Source of the DNA: a virus
DNA length: 64,000 bases
Reading direction: 5' to 3' (one strand)
IMG/VR virus record: IMGVR_UViG_3300008259_004660
Coordinates: 96,001-160,000 of that record
In this document: piece after piece, positions 48,213 through 58,217 of the stretch
Layout: every line of letters begins with the position of its first letter
Position numbering within the stretch: the stretch's first letter is position 1
Program-made: the position numbers and the translations under genes
Notes under the pieces: generated by a model
The model's input: the letters and a program-made list of their open reading frames with translations, nothing else
Told to the model about the DNA's origin: nothing
Database searches by the model: none

Positions 48213-49523
48213 ATGGACGAAAATACATTCATAGACATATGGAATGAGTGCTGTGAGTTCAATATTGAACAGAAGCCAGAGGAATATAGGCAGTTACTTG
48301 AACTGTTGGAATTAAAATGTAAAAAAGGAGCAGTGTTGGAAATAGGTTCCAACTATGGCGGAACTACGGTTGGATTTTGCAGAATGTTCAACAAAGTTAT
48401 AACCATTGACATAAAACACGATCCAAACTTTGACAAGTTAAAATCCAAGTATTCTGGATATCAGTATGTGTTGGGAGACTCCAAGAGTAATGACATGTTG
48501 GAGTATATCAAGAGTCTTGGCATCAAGTTTGATTTTATCTTCATAGATGGCGATCATTCATATGAAGGCGTGAAAAACGATTATGAAAAATACAAGCAGT
48601 TTCTTGCTCATGATGGTTATATGGCATTTCATGACATTGTGTATAGCCAAGAAAACGAAGCAAATAATTGCAGAGTAGATAAGCTATGGAATGAATTTGA
48701 TTCGTATGGTTTGGAAAAGTATATGTTTATTTCGTCGGCAAAAACTCATTCTTATCGTACAGACCAACTATTCTACACATTTGTCAACAATCGACCATAT
48801 TCATCATGGGGAGGAATTGGTGTATTAAAGAACACTCCTGTAGCTGTGTTCTGTCACAATTATTTGGCAAATGGATGGATTGATATTGTGCAAAGTCAAT
48901 TGAGCAAATTGATCAATTCTGGATTGTATAAGAGAGCGGACAAAATTGTATATGGAGTATTGCCAACAGATGAAATGTCTTATTCTGCATTCTTGGCTAT
49001 GATAAGACTTAGGGATGTTGACAAGAAAATTGAAATATATCGTTACAGCAAAAACATGTATGAATATCCTACGCTCATACATCTTCAGAATTATTGTGCC
49101 AATAATCCAAACGCGCATGTTTTGTATTATCATGCCAAAGGTACTTCACGCAAGTATGATACCAACATAGAATCTTGGCGCGAATGTCTTGAGTATTTCA
49201 ATATAGAATTGTGGAGAAAGGCTGTGAATGATCTTAATATTGGCAACCATGATGTATGTGGAGCATTGTATGTTACTTGGTTTGCTTTCTTGGACAAAGT
49301 GTTTACAAACTATTATTCTGGTAATTTTTGGTGGTCTAGTGCAAAATATATAAACACATTGCCAAACTTGTCCGCCAAAATGATTGAATCAAAAATGGAT
49401 AGAGATGTGCCAGAAAGATGGATTGGGTATGGAGCACATAGATGGGCAAACTATTATAACGAAAATGTGTCATCTTGGTATGAACATTATTTCGATCCCA
49501 ATATTTATAGACAGGTAAAATAA
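48213..49523 (+). CDS. Class I SAM methyltransferase fused to a putative glycosyltransferase domain
   Basis: VLEIGSNYGG, FIFIDGDHSY and FHD; C-terminal YEYPTL...YYHAKG...YSGNFWW domain. ATG at 48213 preferred. Confidence 0.75.
   Translation: MDENTFIDIWNECCEFNIEQKPEEYRQLLELLELKCKKGAVLEIGSNYGGTTVGFCRMFNKVITIDIKHDPNFDKLKSKYSGYQYVLGDSKSNDMLEYIKSLGIKFDFIFIDGDHSYEGVKNDYEKYKQFLAHDGYMAFHDIVYSQENEANNCRVDKLWNEFDSYGLEKYMFISSAKTHSYRTDQLFYTFVNNRPYSSWGGIGVLKNTPVAVFCHNYLANGWIDIVQSQLSKLINSGLYKRADKIVYGVLPTDEMSYSAFLAMIRLRDVDKKIEIYRYSKNMYEYPTLIHLQNYCANNPNAHVLYYHAKGTSRKYDTNIESWRECLEYFNIELWRKAVNDLNIGNHDVCGALYVTWFAFLDKVFTNYYSGNFWWSSAKYINTLPNLSAKMIESKMDRDVPERWIGYGAHRWANYYNENVSSWYEHYFDPNIYRQVK
49502..49509 (+). promoter_or_regulatory. 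Putative late-promoter motif within the end of the upstream CDS
   Basis: TATTTATA 17 nt upstream of the ATG at 49527. Confidence 0.35.
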
Positions 49524-49526
49524 GTT

Positions 49527-50324
49527 ATGTACAAAGGTAAAAAGGTTATACTCACAACCACAGCGTGCAGACGCCCACAATTGCTGTATATGGCAATCAA
49601 GAGTTTTGGAGTATTTTGTACAGACAAAGATGTTATAGATGAAATTTATTACTTGGACGATTCATCATCTCAAGAAGATCGTAATTTTGCCATAGAAACA
49701 TATACAAAGTTTATTGGCAAACCTGTTATATTCAGATTTGTTGAGCGCGAAACATTTCCAGACAATTATAGACATGCCAGAATGCTCAATATCTGGAGAG
49801 AATGTGTTATTGAATCGAAAGCCGATTATGTGTTTCATCTTGAAGATGATCATCGCATGTATAACATGCTTACTATAGGCCAGCCTATTGATATCATGCA
49901 AAAATATCCAGAATATGCATACATCGGATATTGTCACAGTTGGAAACATTTTCCAAAAGGCATGGAGCCAAAAAGAGTAATTGGGGATTTTTGGGAAACT
50001 GTATATTTTGATGATCGTCCAATAAATGATCACTTGTTTATGGATGACGCTATGGCTATGCAGACTGGTCCAGAATGGTGGATGTATTATATAAATTGGC
50101 CATATTTTTCATTGAGGCCGGGCGTGCATGATGCAAAAAAACTTTTATCGGTGGGAGAATTTTCAACGACATATGACCGCGAAAAAATGAGTGTAGAACT
50201 TGAATTCGCCATCCGTTGGAAAGATATGGGTTATAAAAGCATGATGAGCAAGAATTTTACTTCACTTCATACTGGACAAAGTCCCGAACTTAGTGCATAT
50301 AAGTTGAACGCATCTGCCAGATAA
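49527..50324 (+). CDS. GT-A (GT2-like) glycosyltransferase
   Basis: ILTTTACRR, YYLDDSS, YVFHLEDD and HTG motifs. Confidence 0.65.
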   Translation: MYKGKKVILTTTACRRPQLLYMAIKSFGVFCTDKDVIDEIYYLDDSSSQEDRNFAIETYTKFIGKPVIFRFVERETFPDNYRHARMLNIWRECVIESKADYVFHLEDDHRMYNMLTIGQPIDIMQKYPEYAYIGYCHSWKHFPKGMEPKRVIGDFWETVYFDDRPINDHLFMDDAMAMQTGPEWWMYYINWPYFSLRPGVHDAKKLLSVGEFSTTYDREKMSVELEFAIRWKDMGYKSMMSKNFTSLHTGQSPELSAYKLNASAR

Positions 50325-50326
50325 AC

Positions 50327-52099
50327 ATGAGCAAACCAATCAGACTAACTGTTATAATTCCTTGTTACAACTTTGAAAAGTATGTAACACAAGCTATCGA
50401 TTCTGTGTTGAATCAGAATGTGAACTTTGGTATTGAAGTATTGATTGTGGATGATAATTCTACTGATAATACTTTCAACATCATAAATCAAAAATATGGA
50501 TCAAACAATTTGGTGAAGATACATCAGTCTCCAAAAAATCAAGGAATAACAAAGAATCTCAAGGACATGATGGATAAGGCGCTGGGCCAGTATCTGTATA
50601 CAATGGACGGCGATGATTTCATCATTGATATGAATTATCTTCAACGTGCGGTTGATTTTTTGGATAATAATCCAAAATATTCATTGGTATGTTCTGGCTA
50701 CAAACTTTTATACAACGATGGAACGATGTATCCCACAGAGGACGATCCTGCCGTATGGTCTGCTCCACGTGAAGACATATATCTCAATGATTTGCTCTCG
50801 GTGAATTATATTTCATTTGGCAGAGTATTTCGTAATTACAAGAATATCATAAAGCCTTGGATGCACGATGAACTGCATGAAGATTGGACTATCAATGCGG
50901 AAATATTGAAGAACGGCCCAGCCAGATGTGACAAGAATTATACAGGAATTTACAGAATAACAAAAGCTGGTCGCATAACTTCCATGAGCGAAGGACAGGT
51001 ACACGAGAAGAACAGAAAAACTATTGCCGCCATAAAGAGCAATCTTACACTGAAAACAATATCAATTGTTGATTCATTTGTACACAATGAAAATGTTAAA
51101 GTTAAGCTTGAGAGATGCATTAAATTTTTGAAAGAGGATGGGCATGAAATTTTGCTGGTGTCCAATACTCCTGTGGATAAGCATATTATACAAGATGTAA
51201 AATTTTTCATGTATGATAGCAGAAATCAACTATTCAAGCAGGAATATGAGACAAAAAACACAGTTGATTTTTGGCGTGCATTGAATGGTAATTTGGAAGT
51301 ACATGATATTGTTACCGCAGTGCAAAAGCACGGTCTCAGTGTTCTTATCAATCTATTCAATGCACTACATTATGCAAAACAACAGGGATATACACATTTT
51401 CAAAGATTTGAAGTCGATGATTTGTTTGGTGAAAAATCAAGATCTTGGATCAAGCGAGTTCCAACATATGTACTTGAAGAAGATAAACGAGGATTGATAT
51501 ATTACAATTATGAGAATTCTCCTTCTGATATTTCGTTTCACTATTTCTTCTGTGAGATAGATTATTTTCTAAAGAAGATAAGCCGCATAACTTGTGAGGA
51601 AGATTATGTGAAGTATCTGCATGACTATTATGGTAACAAGGAATTCAAGATTGTAGAAGTATTCATGTATGATCAATTAAAGAAGAATGGCGACAAGGAA
51701 ATATTACAGAAGACTGGAAGAGAAATGAAGATTGATTTTTTCGACACGAAATGGAACACAGAAACTTCCGTAAGTAATTTTGAAACAACATTCTTTGGCT
51801 GCACCACCAAGGTGTATGAAGCTAGAAATTGGAATTCTGTGGCCAGAGAGTTCAATAAGAGGGACGATTATGTGTTGGTAACATATTCATACAATGATAC
51901 ACCTATAAAACGCATAATTGATGTTGAAAAACATGATGGTACCAGAGAAACAATCGAGCAGTCTGTACATGCAGCTGGTAGTTGGGTATGGCATGTTCTG
52001 TCGCCAAATTCAAAAGCAGTTTCAGTTTATCAAGACGGTAATCTATTATACAATCAACAAATAAAAAATCTTGAATCTTGGGCTGGATTCAGAAGCTAA
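50327..52099 (+). CDS. GT2 glycosyltransferase fused to an unknown C-terminal domain
   Basis: TVIIPCYN, VLNQ, IVDDNSTD, MDGDD and HEDW motifs. Confidence 0.85.
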   Translation: MSKPIRLTVIIPCYNFEKYVTQAIDSVLNQNVNFGIEVLIVDDNSTDNTFNIINQKYGSNNLVKIHQSPKNQGITKNLKDMMDKALGQYLYTMDGDDFIIDMNYLQRAVDFLDNNPKYSLVCSGYKLLYNDGTMYPTEDDPAVWSAPREDIYLNDLLSVNYISFGRVFRNYKNIIKPWMHDELHEDWTINAEILKNGPARCDKNYTGIYRITKAGRITSMSEGQVHEKNRKTIAAIKSNLTLKTISIVDSFVHNENVKVKLERCIKFLKEDGHEILLVSNTPVDKHIIQDVKFFMYDSRNQLFKQEYETKNTVDFWRALNGNLEVHDIVTAVQKHGLSVLINLFNALHYAKQQGYTHFQRFEVDDLFGEKSRSWIKRVPTYVLEEDKRGLIYYNYENSPSDISFHYFFCEIDYFLKKISRITCEEDYVKYLHDYYGNKEFKIVEVFMYDQLKKNGDKEILQKTGREMKIDFFDTKWNTETSVSNFETTFFGCTTKVYEARNWNSVAREFNKRDDYVLVTYSYNDTPIKRIIDVEKHDGTRETIEQSVHAAGSWVWHVLSPNSKAVSVYQDGNLLYNQQIKNLESWAGFRS

Positions 52100-52103
52100 C
52101 AAT

Positions 52104-54227
52104 ATGAAAGTAATTAATGTAAATCCGGGCATACTTCCCATTCCACCAAATGGATGGGGCGCAATCGAAAAAATCATATGGGATTATCATCTCCAACTGC
52201 AAAAAATTGGAGTACACAGTGAGATAAAATACCTTAACGAAATCGAATATGACGATAGCACAATTGTACACGTACATGTGGCAAATTTGGCTAACATGTT
52301 TCACGAGAAAGGTGTACCTTATATTTTTACTATCCATGACCATCATGCATATGTTTATGGAAAAGATTCTCCAGTATTCAAAGAAAACTTAAAAGCCATA
52401 GAAAACAGTGTATTTTCATTATCACCATGCAAATATTTGCTTCCATATTTTGGTAGCAAAAAACTAAGATATTTTAGTCATGCTGTAAATACCGATGTTT
52501 TTACATTCAATAATCGTCATAGACACAATCCACTGAAATTGCTTTGTGTAGCTAATAATGGATATGCATATAACCAAAGTGTGGATAGAAAGGGATTTGG
52601 AATTGCAATACAAGCAGCAAAAGAATTAGGTCTTCCAATCACAATTGCTGGGCCAAAAAATAATGACAACTTTTTCAAGACCCTTGACCCAGAACTAAAC
52701 AACTATTCCAAGCTAACAAAACTGTATGATTTGGATGAAAAATGGTTGGTAAATTTGTACAACGAAAACGATCTGTTCCTTCATTTCTCTGAATTGGAAG
52801 CTGGACATCCGAATCTAACATTATTGGAAGCAATGGCGTGTGGTCTTCCGGTTGTTGGAACTTTTGAGGAAAAAGAGTATGATGGCATGGTAGTTTCCGA
52901 AAGAAAATTTGAAAATGCCATAGAATCAATTAAATATGCTGATCAAAATTATGATTTATTGAGAAATCATGCATTAAGCAATGCAAATAAAAATTCATAC
53001 GCTAACAGAGTACATGGTTTGGTCAAACTATACAGTGAATATAGAGAGCGTATTTTCAGCAAGCAACTTGAAGTTGCATACAGTAACACCAAGATAACAT
53101 ATACTGAAGCGAAAAATAGAATCAAAGTAACATTTGATGACGGTGCAAAAGTTGATATATCTGGTGCAGTTCAGAAAAAATACAGAGTAAAATTCATAGA
53201 TGGTCTTACCAACATGGTTGTATATCAAACTGATATATACAACAACATGTGGGCCACTACAAATACCAAGTACTACAACAAGTGGTTGGTAGAAGTGTTT
53301 GATATCACCGACGGCATTGAAGTGTTGGAATATTCCGAGGCAATGGATCTAAAGAATCGCACAGTAAAAGTTGTATTCGACAGTGAAAGTTTGGGAGATA
53401 TTCTTGCGTGGATCGGCGCCGTCGATGAATTTCAAAATAAACATCAATGCAAGATGTATTGTGTGATATTCAACAAGTACTTGCGTGCTTTACTTGAAAA
53501 AAATTATTCAAACATAAAATTTTTGGCTGTTGATGTTTACGCCGAAGAATATTATGCAAAGTATAAGATAGGATGTTTTGATTCAAATGGATATCATCCA
53601 TATATTCCAAAGGATCCGCGCACATTGAATTTGTGTTCAATTGCAAATTGTATTTTAGGTTTAACAGATGTTGAACATAAACCAAAGCTGAATATTGACA
53701 GAAAGAAATACAGTAAAAATAAGAAATATGTATGTATTGCTGTGCAAAGTACATGTCAGGCAAAATACTGGAACAATAAGAATGGTTGGAACAATGTGGT
53801 CAAATATCTTAAATCTCAAGGATATGAAGTATGGTGTATAGACAGATTCAACAGCTTTGGCACCAAAGATAATATGAATTATATACCAGACGGTTGCATT
53901 GATAAGACCGGAGACTTTCCGTTGGAAGAACGCATGGCTCAGTTGGCTGGTGCAAAATTTTTCATTGGACTAAGTTCTGGTCTTTCGTGGGTGGCGTGGG
54001 CGGTAGGTGTGCCAGTTGTAATGATTAGTGGATTTACAAAGGCATATAATGAGTTCTATACGCCGCATCGTATCATAAATGAAAATGTATGCAATGGCTG
54101 TTGGAACGACGTTAATGTGAAGTTTGACCGCTCTGATTGGTTATGGTGTCCATATAACAAGAACTTTGAATGTTCTACTCAAATATCTGTGGATAGAGTG
54201 CTGTCTGAAGTTAAAAAGTTGATATAA
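52104..54227 (+). CDS. GT4-like glycosyltransferase fused to an autotransporter O-heptosyltransferase (TibC/AAH-like) domain
   Basis: N-terminal IPPNGWGAIE and EAGHPNLTLLEAMACG; C-terminal SLGDILAW, QAKYWN...W, FIGLSSGLSW.AWA, ISGFT and CNGCWN...WCP...FEC Cys cluster. ATG at 52104 preferred. Confidence 0.8.
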   Translation: MKVINVNPGILPIPPNGWGAIEKIIWDYHLQLQKIGVHSEIKYLNEIEYDDSTIVHVHVANLANMFHEKGVPYIFTIHDHHAYVYGKDSPVFKENLKAIENSVFSLSPCKYLLPYFGSKKLRYFSHAVNTDVFTFNNRHRHNPLKLLCVANNGYAYNQSVDRKGFGIAIQAAKELGLPITIAGPKNNDNFFKTLDPELNNYSKLTKLYDLDEKWLVNLYNENDLFLHFSELEAGHPNLTLLEAMACGLPVVGTFEEKEYDGMVVSERKFENAIESIKYADQNYDLLRNHALSNANKNSYANRVHGLVKLYSEYRERIFSKQLEVAYSNTKITYTEAKNRIKVTFDDGAKVDISGAVQKKYRVKFIDGLTNMVVYQTDIYNNMWATTNTKYYNKWLVEVFDITDGIEVLEYSEAMDLKNRTVKVVFDSESLGDILAWIGAVDEFQNKHQCKMYCVIFNKYLRALLEKNYSNIKFLAVDVYAEEYYAKYKIGCFDSNGYHPYIPKDPRTLNLCSIANCILGLTDVEHKPKLNIDRKKYSKNKKYVCIAVQSTCQAKYWNNKNGWNNVVKYLKSQGYEVWCIDRFNSFGTKDNMNYIPDGCIDKTGDFPLEERMAQLAGAKFFIGLSSGLSWVAWAVGVPVVMISGFTKAYNEFYTPHRIINENVCNGCWNDVNVKFDRSDWLWCPYNKNFECSTQISVDRVLSEVKKLI

Positions 54228-54242
54228 AAACCCATTGATATA

Positions 54243-54250
54243 TATTTATA
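54243..54250 (+). promoter_or_regulatory. Putative late-promoter motif TATTTATA
   Basis: 4 nt upstream of the ATG at 54255. Confidence 0.55.
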
Positions 54251-54254
54251 TCAT

Positions 54255-57200
54255 ATGGACATTTCTATAACCAATCTCAAAAAGTATGTTTTTGAGCCTA
54301 AGACAGAGTCTTTGCGACTAAAGCGTGCCAATGAGATATTGGGGCAGGGAATGATTGCTACGGAAAAAGTGGATGGCACAAAACTTACTCTTGTTCGTAC
54401 TAATCAGACTGATCCGAATGATTATACCAAGAATTGGGTTGTAGCATATAAGGGAACTGTATTATATCCAAAAGAGTTTGCATACCTTACTCCACAGGGA
54501 AAAAAAGATATATCTCAATCATCTGTTGGTATAGGCCAATATGCTTTGATTTTTGATCATTTGGAAAAAATCAATAACAAGATTGCTAGTATTCCAAAAA
54601 GCACGGAGTTCAGTGTTGAATTTGCGCAGAACAAGGATACTCTCACAAGAACATATGTTCAGAAAGGTGGAATGTTCTTAAGAAGTTATGGTGAGGTGTC
54701 ATATCGTATTGTTGGTGGTGGGTTGAATACTGTTCCGAAACAAGAGATCACAGACTATACCAACGTAAAAAGAATGGCAGATCTTTTGGAAATTAGCGCG
54801 TTTCCTATTTTCTTTCAGGGCAAAATAACAAGAGAAAATGTAGCAAAATATCCATCAATTGCGCCAAAAATGATGAGCGCCGATTGGAATAATCCATTGG
54901 ATGTGTTAACCAAGTTTTCTGATGCTATGCTGTCTATACCATCTACTCTTGGTGGTACAACGGAGGGCGTGGTACTGAAACTTGATAATGGAAGCTTTTA
55001 CAAAATTGTTCAAGCTGACCAATATAGCTCTGATGTAAGAGGTGCTAAGAAAGATTTGTATAAACTTGAGCCAGAAGCGGCCACATCATATTTCCAACAG
55101 ATCAGAGCACTTATTCAAAAAGTATTTGATACCATTGGCACGGATGGAAAGACAGAAGAAGATATCATATCCGACACAAACTTTTACATTGCCAAAAATG
55201 AAAAAAGCTTGGCTAAATTTTTTGATGCATTGCAGAAGATTGCTGGAAACAAAAAGAACCTCGTACAGATCAAGGATGATATTCACGACACTGTTCGTCT
55301 TATGACTTCAAAGCAGGAACTCCTTGGGTCAAAAACAAAATCAATCGCGCTTCTTCCTATTGCTGGCAAACCACTACACATTGGACATTGGAAACTGATT
55401 GAAAAGGCGGCAAATGAAAATGATAATGTTGTGGTCTATACATCAACAACCGACCGTGTGCGTAAAGGAGAATTTCCGATATATGGCGATGATTTTGTGC
55501 AGATATGGAGTGATATGCTCATTCCATCATTGCCAAAGAATGTAAAAGTGAAATTTGTTGATTCTCCATTAAGATCTGTCATGCATGAACTTGGATGGTT
55601 TGAACAAAGACTTACTCAAGACGCTGCAAATGTACCAGTCATTAATCTATATTCAGACAAAGAGGATATTGAAACAAATTTCAAGCAAGAAGATCTGAAC
55701 AAGTATCCAGAATTATTGAAAGCTGGAAAGATCAATAAAGTTGGCGTAGAAAGAACAAGTACGGTCAATGTCAGCGGCACAAAGATGAGAGAATTCTTGC
55801 AGAACAATGACAAGGACTCCTTCATGAAATATTTACCTCCTATATCAACCAAGGATAAAGAACAAATATGGAATATTCTTTCATCTCGCAGACCAAGTGA
55901 TCTTGCTGAAATAAATCCATACGCTGTATTGGCTGAAAAACTGATTAATGAAGTTGCAAATGAAATATTGAATGAAGGCGGATGGAGAAATCCAGAGACA
56001 CAAGAATGGGAAGTTACACCAAAGATGGTGGCAAAGATCGTGGAAGACACTAACAAATTTTTGAATGATTTCAATGCATGGTCTGGATTATCCAAGTTGT
56101 CAACCAAAGGTCCGACAGGAAGTGGAAAATATTACAAGAACGACTTGAATGATCCAAGTATAACTTATGGAGATATTGATATTCAACTTGTATTGCCCGT
56201 TGAAAGCAATGAAAGAAAAAATCAATTAGAAGCCAATAAAATTTTTGGAGACAAGATCCGTGAGTTCATAAAGACCAAAAAACCAAGCTATATTCACGAC
56301 GCAACAAATGATCCAGATTTTGGAATTGGATACTTGATATTCAATGTGGATGGTAAAAAAGTTCAAGTTGATCTTGTACTATCATATACTGTTTCAGCTG
56401 ATTGGACGAGTGTAAGAACAACGCCAGAAAAAGGATTGAAGGGATTTGTCACAGGAATGATGTTAAGTGCATTGAGTGACACATTGAATGTTGTTCTTGG
56501 GTCAAGCACCAATCCGTATATCAACACTGTTGATGGAAAGGTTGTATCATCCTCAATCAAGAAAGATGCTGTGCAAAAATTCCTAAAGCCAAATGAAGTA
56601 TTTGCCGAGATTGTACGATTTTATGGTGAAATGGCGGACATTGAAAACCCAGACTTATCTTTATTGGTTGGTTATATGGGCCTTGATGCCAACGACCCTT
56701 CATTAAAAAAGAAATGCCAAACCGTGGTTGCTTTGGCAAATACACTTGAAAAGAATGGAATATTTGACGCTGGAGTCATAACCTCCAAGGATGGTATAAC
56801 AATCAAAAGCAGAAAACAATTTGTTGATCGCGTAAGAACCACATACATCGATATGATGCAGCGAGCAAAAACAGCCAAAAAACTTGAAAAAGCACAAACA
56901 CCAAGCGCCATGAGAACAATAGAAAAAATAAAAAATCATGCTGATCTGGGAATACAGATGGCAAACGAACTTATCAAAGAACATTATACACTTCTGATGG
57001 AATCTGGTAAATCCATAGCCGCCGTGGACCCAAAAACGCCAAAGATGGTAAATGGTCAGCCAGCACAGGCAACAACCAAATTAAGAATTGTTGATCCGCA
57101 GGGCAAGGATGTGCATTCAGCAGTGTCAAAGGACATCAAGGAACTTGTGTATGTATTGAATGCCAAGGTCGGTTTTTGGAAAAAGAATAATCCGTACATT

Positions 57201-58157
57201 GAAAATGGATTTATATTCAATGGTAGTTCACAATTTCTAATGGATCCAAACAAGTTTGGTGTGTTGAGCAAATACAAAGATTCTTTTGGTGACATAGATG
57301 TTATCATTCCAAAATCAAAATTGGATGCTTTGACATCATTTTTGGACAGCATTGATGACAATAAAGCTGATTGGAATCCGACAACTCAAAACAGATTGTC
57401 TAGTAAGTTTTATTATGTTGGACGCACGAAGAGTTATGCATCCATTCCAGATCAACTTGTAACACTTTGGTATTATGATCCAATGAAGCAAGTTGTTCAA
57501 GTGGACTTTGAAGGTGATGAAATGTTTCTTGATCCGCAAGGATATGAAAAGCCAAGCGAGTGGACAAAATTCAGCAAAGATTCTCCGTGGGAAGATTTGA
57601 CCGTAGGTATCAAGGGATTGGCTGGGGCATTAATGCTTCGCTCATTAGCAAGAGCAACAACAGTATTACCAAATGCAGTTGTGTTGACGCCGGGCGCAGT
57701 CAAGAAAGTTCAGTCTGGTGCAGTCAAGGAACTTACCGATAAGGAAGTTACTAAAGCAGCACAGCACAGTATTCCATCTGCATACACATTAAATACTGGC
57801 GGTGGTGGTACTGGTATACGTAAGGCATACGAATTAGTAAAGACAATGCCATATAATGGGAAGATGGTTGATGCATATAGATTTGTGGAAGCCAAAGAAA
57901 CAAAACCAGAAGACAGAATCACGGATGTTGGCAGAATATTTGAAATATTGTTCAAAAAGAAAGCATCGCCTGAAGAAAGAGCTGAATTTCGCAGCTATCA
58001 GGGACTGTTAAGACTAATGAAGAAATATTTGGACAAGAAAACCATCGACATTGCTATGAATAGATTCACGGAAGTTTTGGCTGGCGAAGGTTTAAATCCA
58101 AAGGAATATGCTTCTGTGCAAAAGGCTACGAAAGATATTCTTGGATTGTCTATATAA
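54255..58157 (+). CDS. Four-domain nucleotidyltransferase protein: ligase-like (KxDG), HIGH cytidylyltransferase-like and two Pol-beta-like NTase domains
   Basis: EKVDG (aa 37-41), EGVVLK, KPLHIGH (H375), GSG...GDID (639-642)...QVD and GSS...GDID (1012-1015)...QVD. Confidence 0.75.
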   Translation: MDISITNLKKYVFEPKTESLRLKRANEILGQGMIATEKVDGTKLTLVRTNQTDPNDYTKNWVVAYKGTVLYPKEFAYLTPQGKKDISQSSVGIGQYALIFDHLEKINNKIASIPKSTEFSVEFAQNKDTLTRTYVQKGGMFLRSYGEVSYRIVGGGLNTVPKQEITDYTNVKRMADLLEISAFPIFFQGKITRENVAKYPSIAPKMMSADWNNPLDVLTKFSDAMLSIPSTLGGTTEGVVLKLDNGSFYKIVQADQYSSDVRGAKKDLYKLEPEAATSYFQQIRALIQKVFDTIGTDGKTEEDIISDTNFYIAKNEKSLAKFFDALQKIAGNKKNLVQIKDDIHDTVRLMTSKQELLGSKTKSIALLPIAGKPLHIGHWKLIEKAANENDNVVVYTSTTDRVRKGEFPIYGDDFVQIWSDMLIPSLPKNVKVKFVDSPLRSVMHELGWFEQRLTQDAANVPVINLYSDKEDIETNFKQEDLNKYPELLKAGKINKVGVERTSTVNVSGTKMREFLQNNDKDSFMKYLPPISTKDKEQIWNILSSRRPSDLAEINPYAVLAEKLINEVANEILNEGGWRNPETQEWEVTPKMVAKIVEDTNKFLNDFNAWSGLSKLSTKGPTGSGKYYKNDLNDPSITYGDIDIQLVLPVESNERKNQLEANKIFGDKIREFIKTKKPSYIHDATNDPDFGIGYLIFNVDGKKVQVDLVLSYTVSADWTSVRTTPEKGLKGFVTGMMLSALSDTLNVVLGSSTNPYINTVDGKVVSSSIKKDAVQKFLKPNEVFAEIVRFYGEMADIENPDLSLLVGYMGLDANDPSLKKKCQTVVALANTLEKNGIFDAGVITSKDGITIKSRKQFVDRVRTTYIDMMQRAKTAKKLEKAQTPSAMRTIEKIKNHADLGIQMANELIKEHYTLLMESGKSIAAVDPKTPKMVNGQPAQATTKLRIVDPQGKDVHSAVSKDIKELVYVLNAKVGFWKKNNPYIENGFIFNGSSQFLMDPNKFGVLSKYKDSFGDIDVIIPKSKLDALTSFLDSIDDNKADWNPTTQNRLSSKFYYVGRTKSYASIPDQLVTLWYYDPMKQVVQVDFEGDEMFLDPQGYEKPSEWTKFSKDSPWEDLTVGIKGLAGALMLRSLARATTVLPNAVVLTPGAVKKVQSGAVKELTDKEVTKAAQHSIPSAYTLNTGGGGTGIRKAYELVKTMPYNGKMVDAYRFVEAKETKPEDRITDVGRIFEILFKKKASPEERAEFRSYQGLLRLMKKYLDKKTIDIAMNRFTEVLAGEGLNPKEYASVQKATKDILGLSI

Positions 58158-58217
58158 TAAAATACGCGGCAACCTATTATGAACTTTGCCGCATATATAT
58201 CTTAAAGGTTTTATAAT

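Noticed and set aside
58166-58192. GCGGCAA-N13-TTGCCGC hairpin after the polyprotein gene
   Set aside because: It has a large loop and no U-tract. It is possibly a weak terminator or processing site, but support is insufficient to call it.
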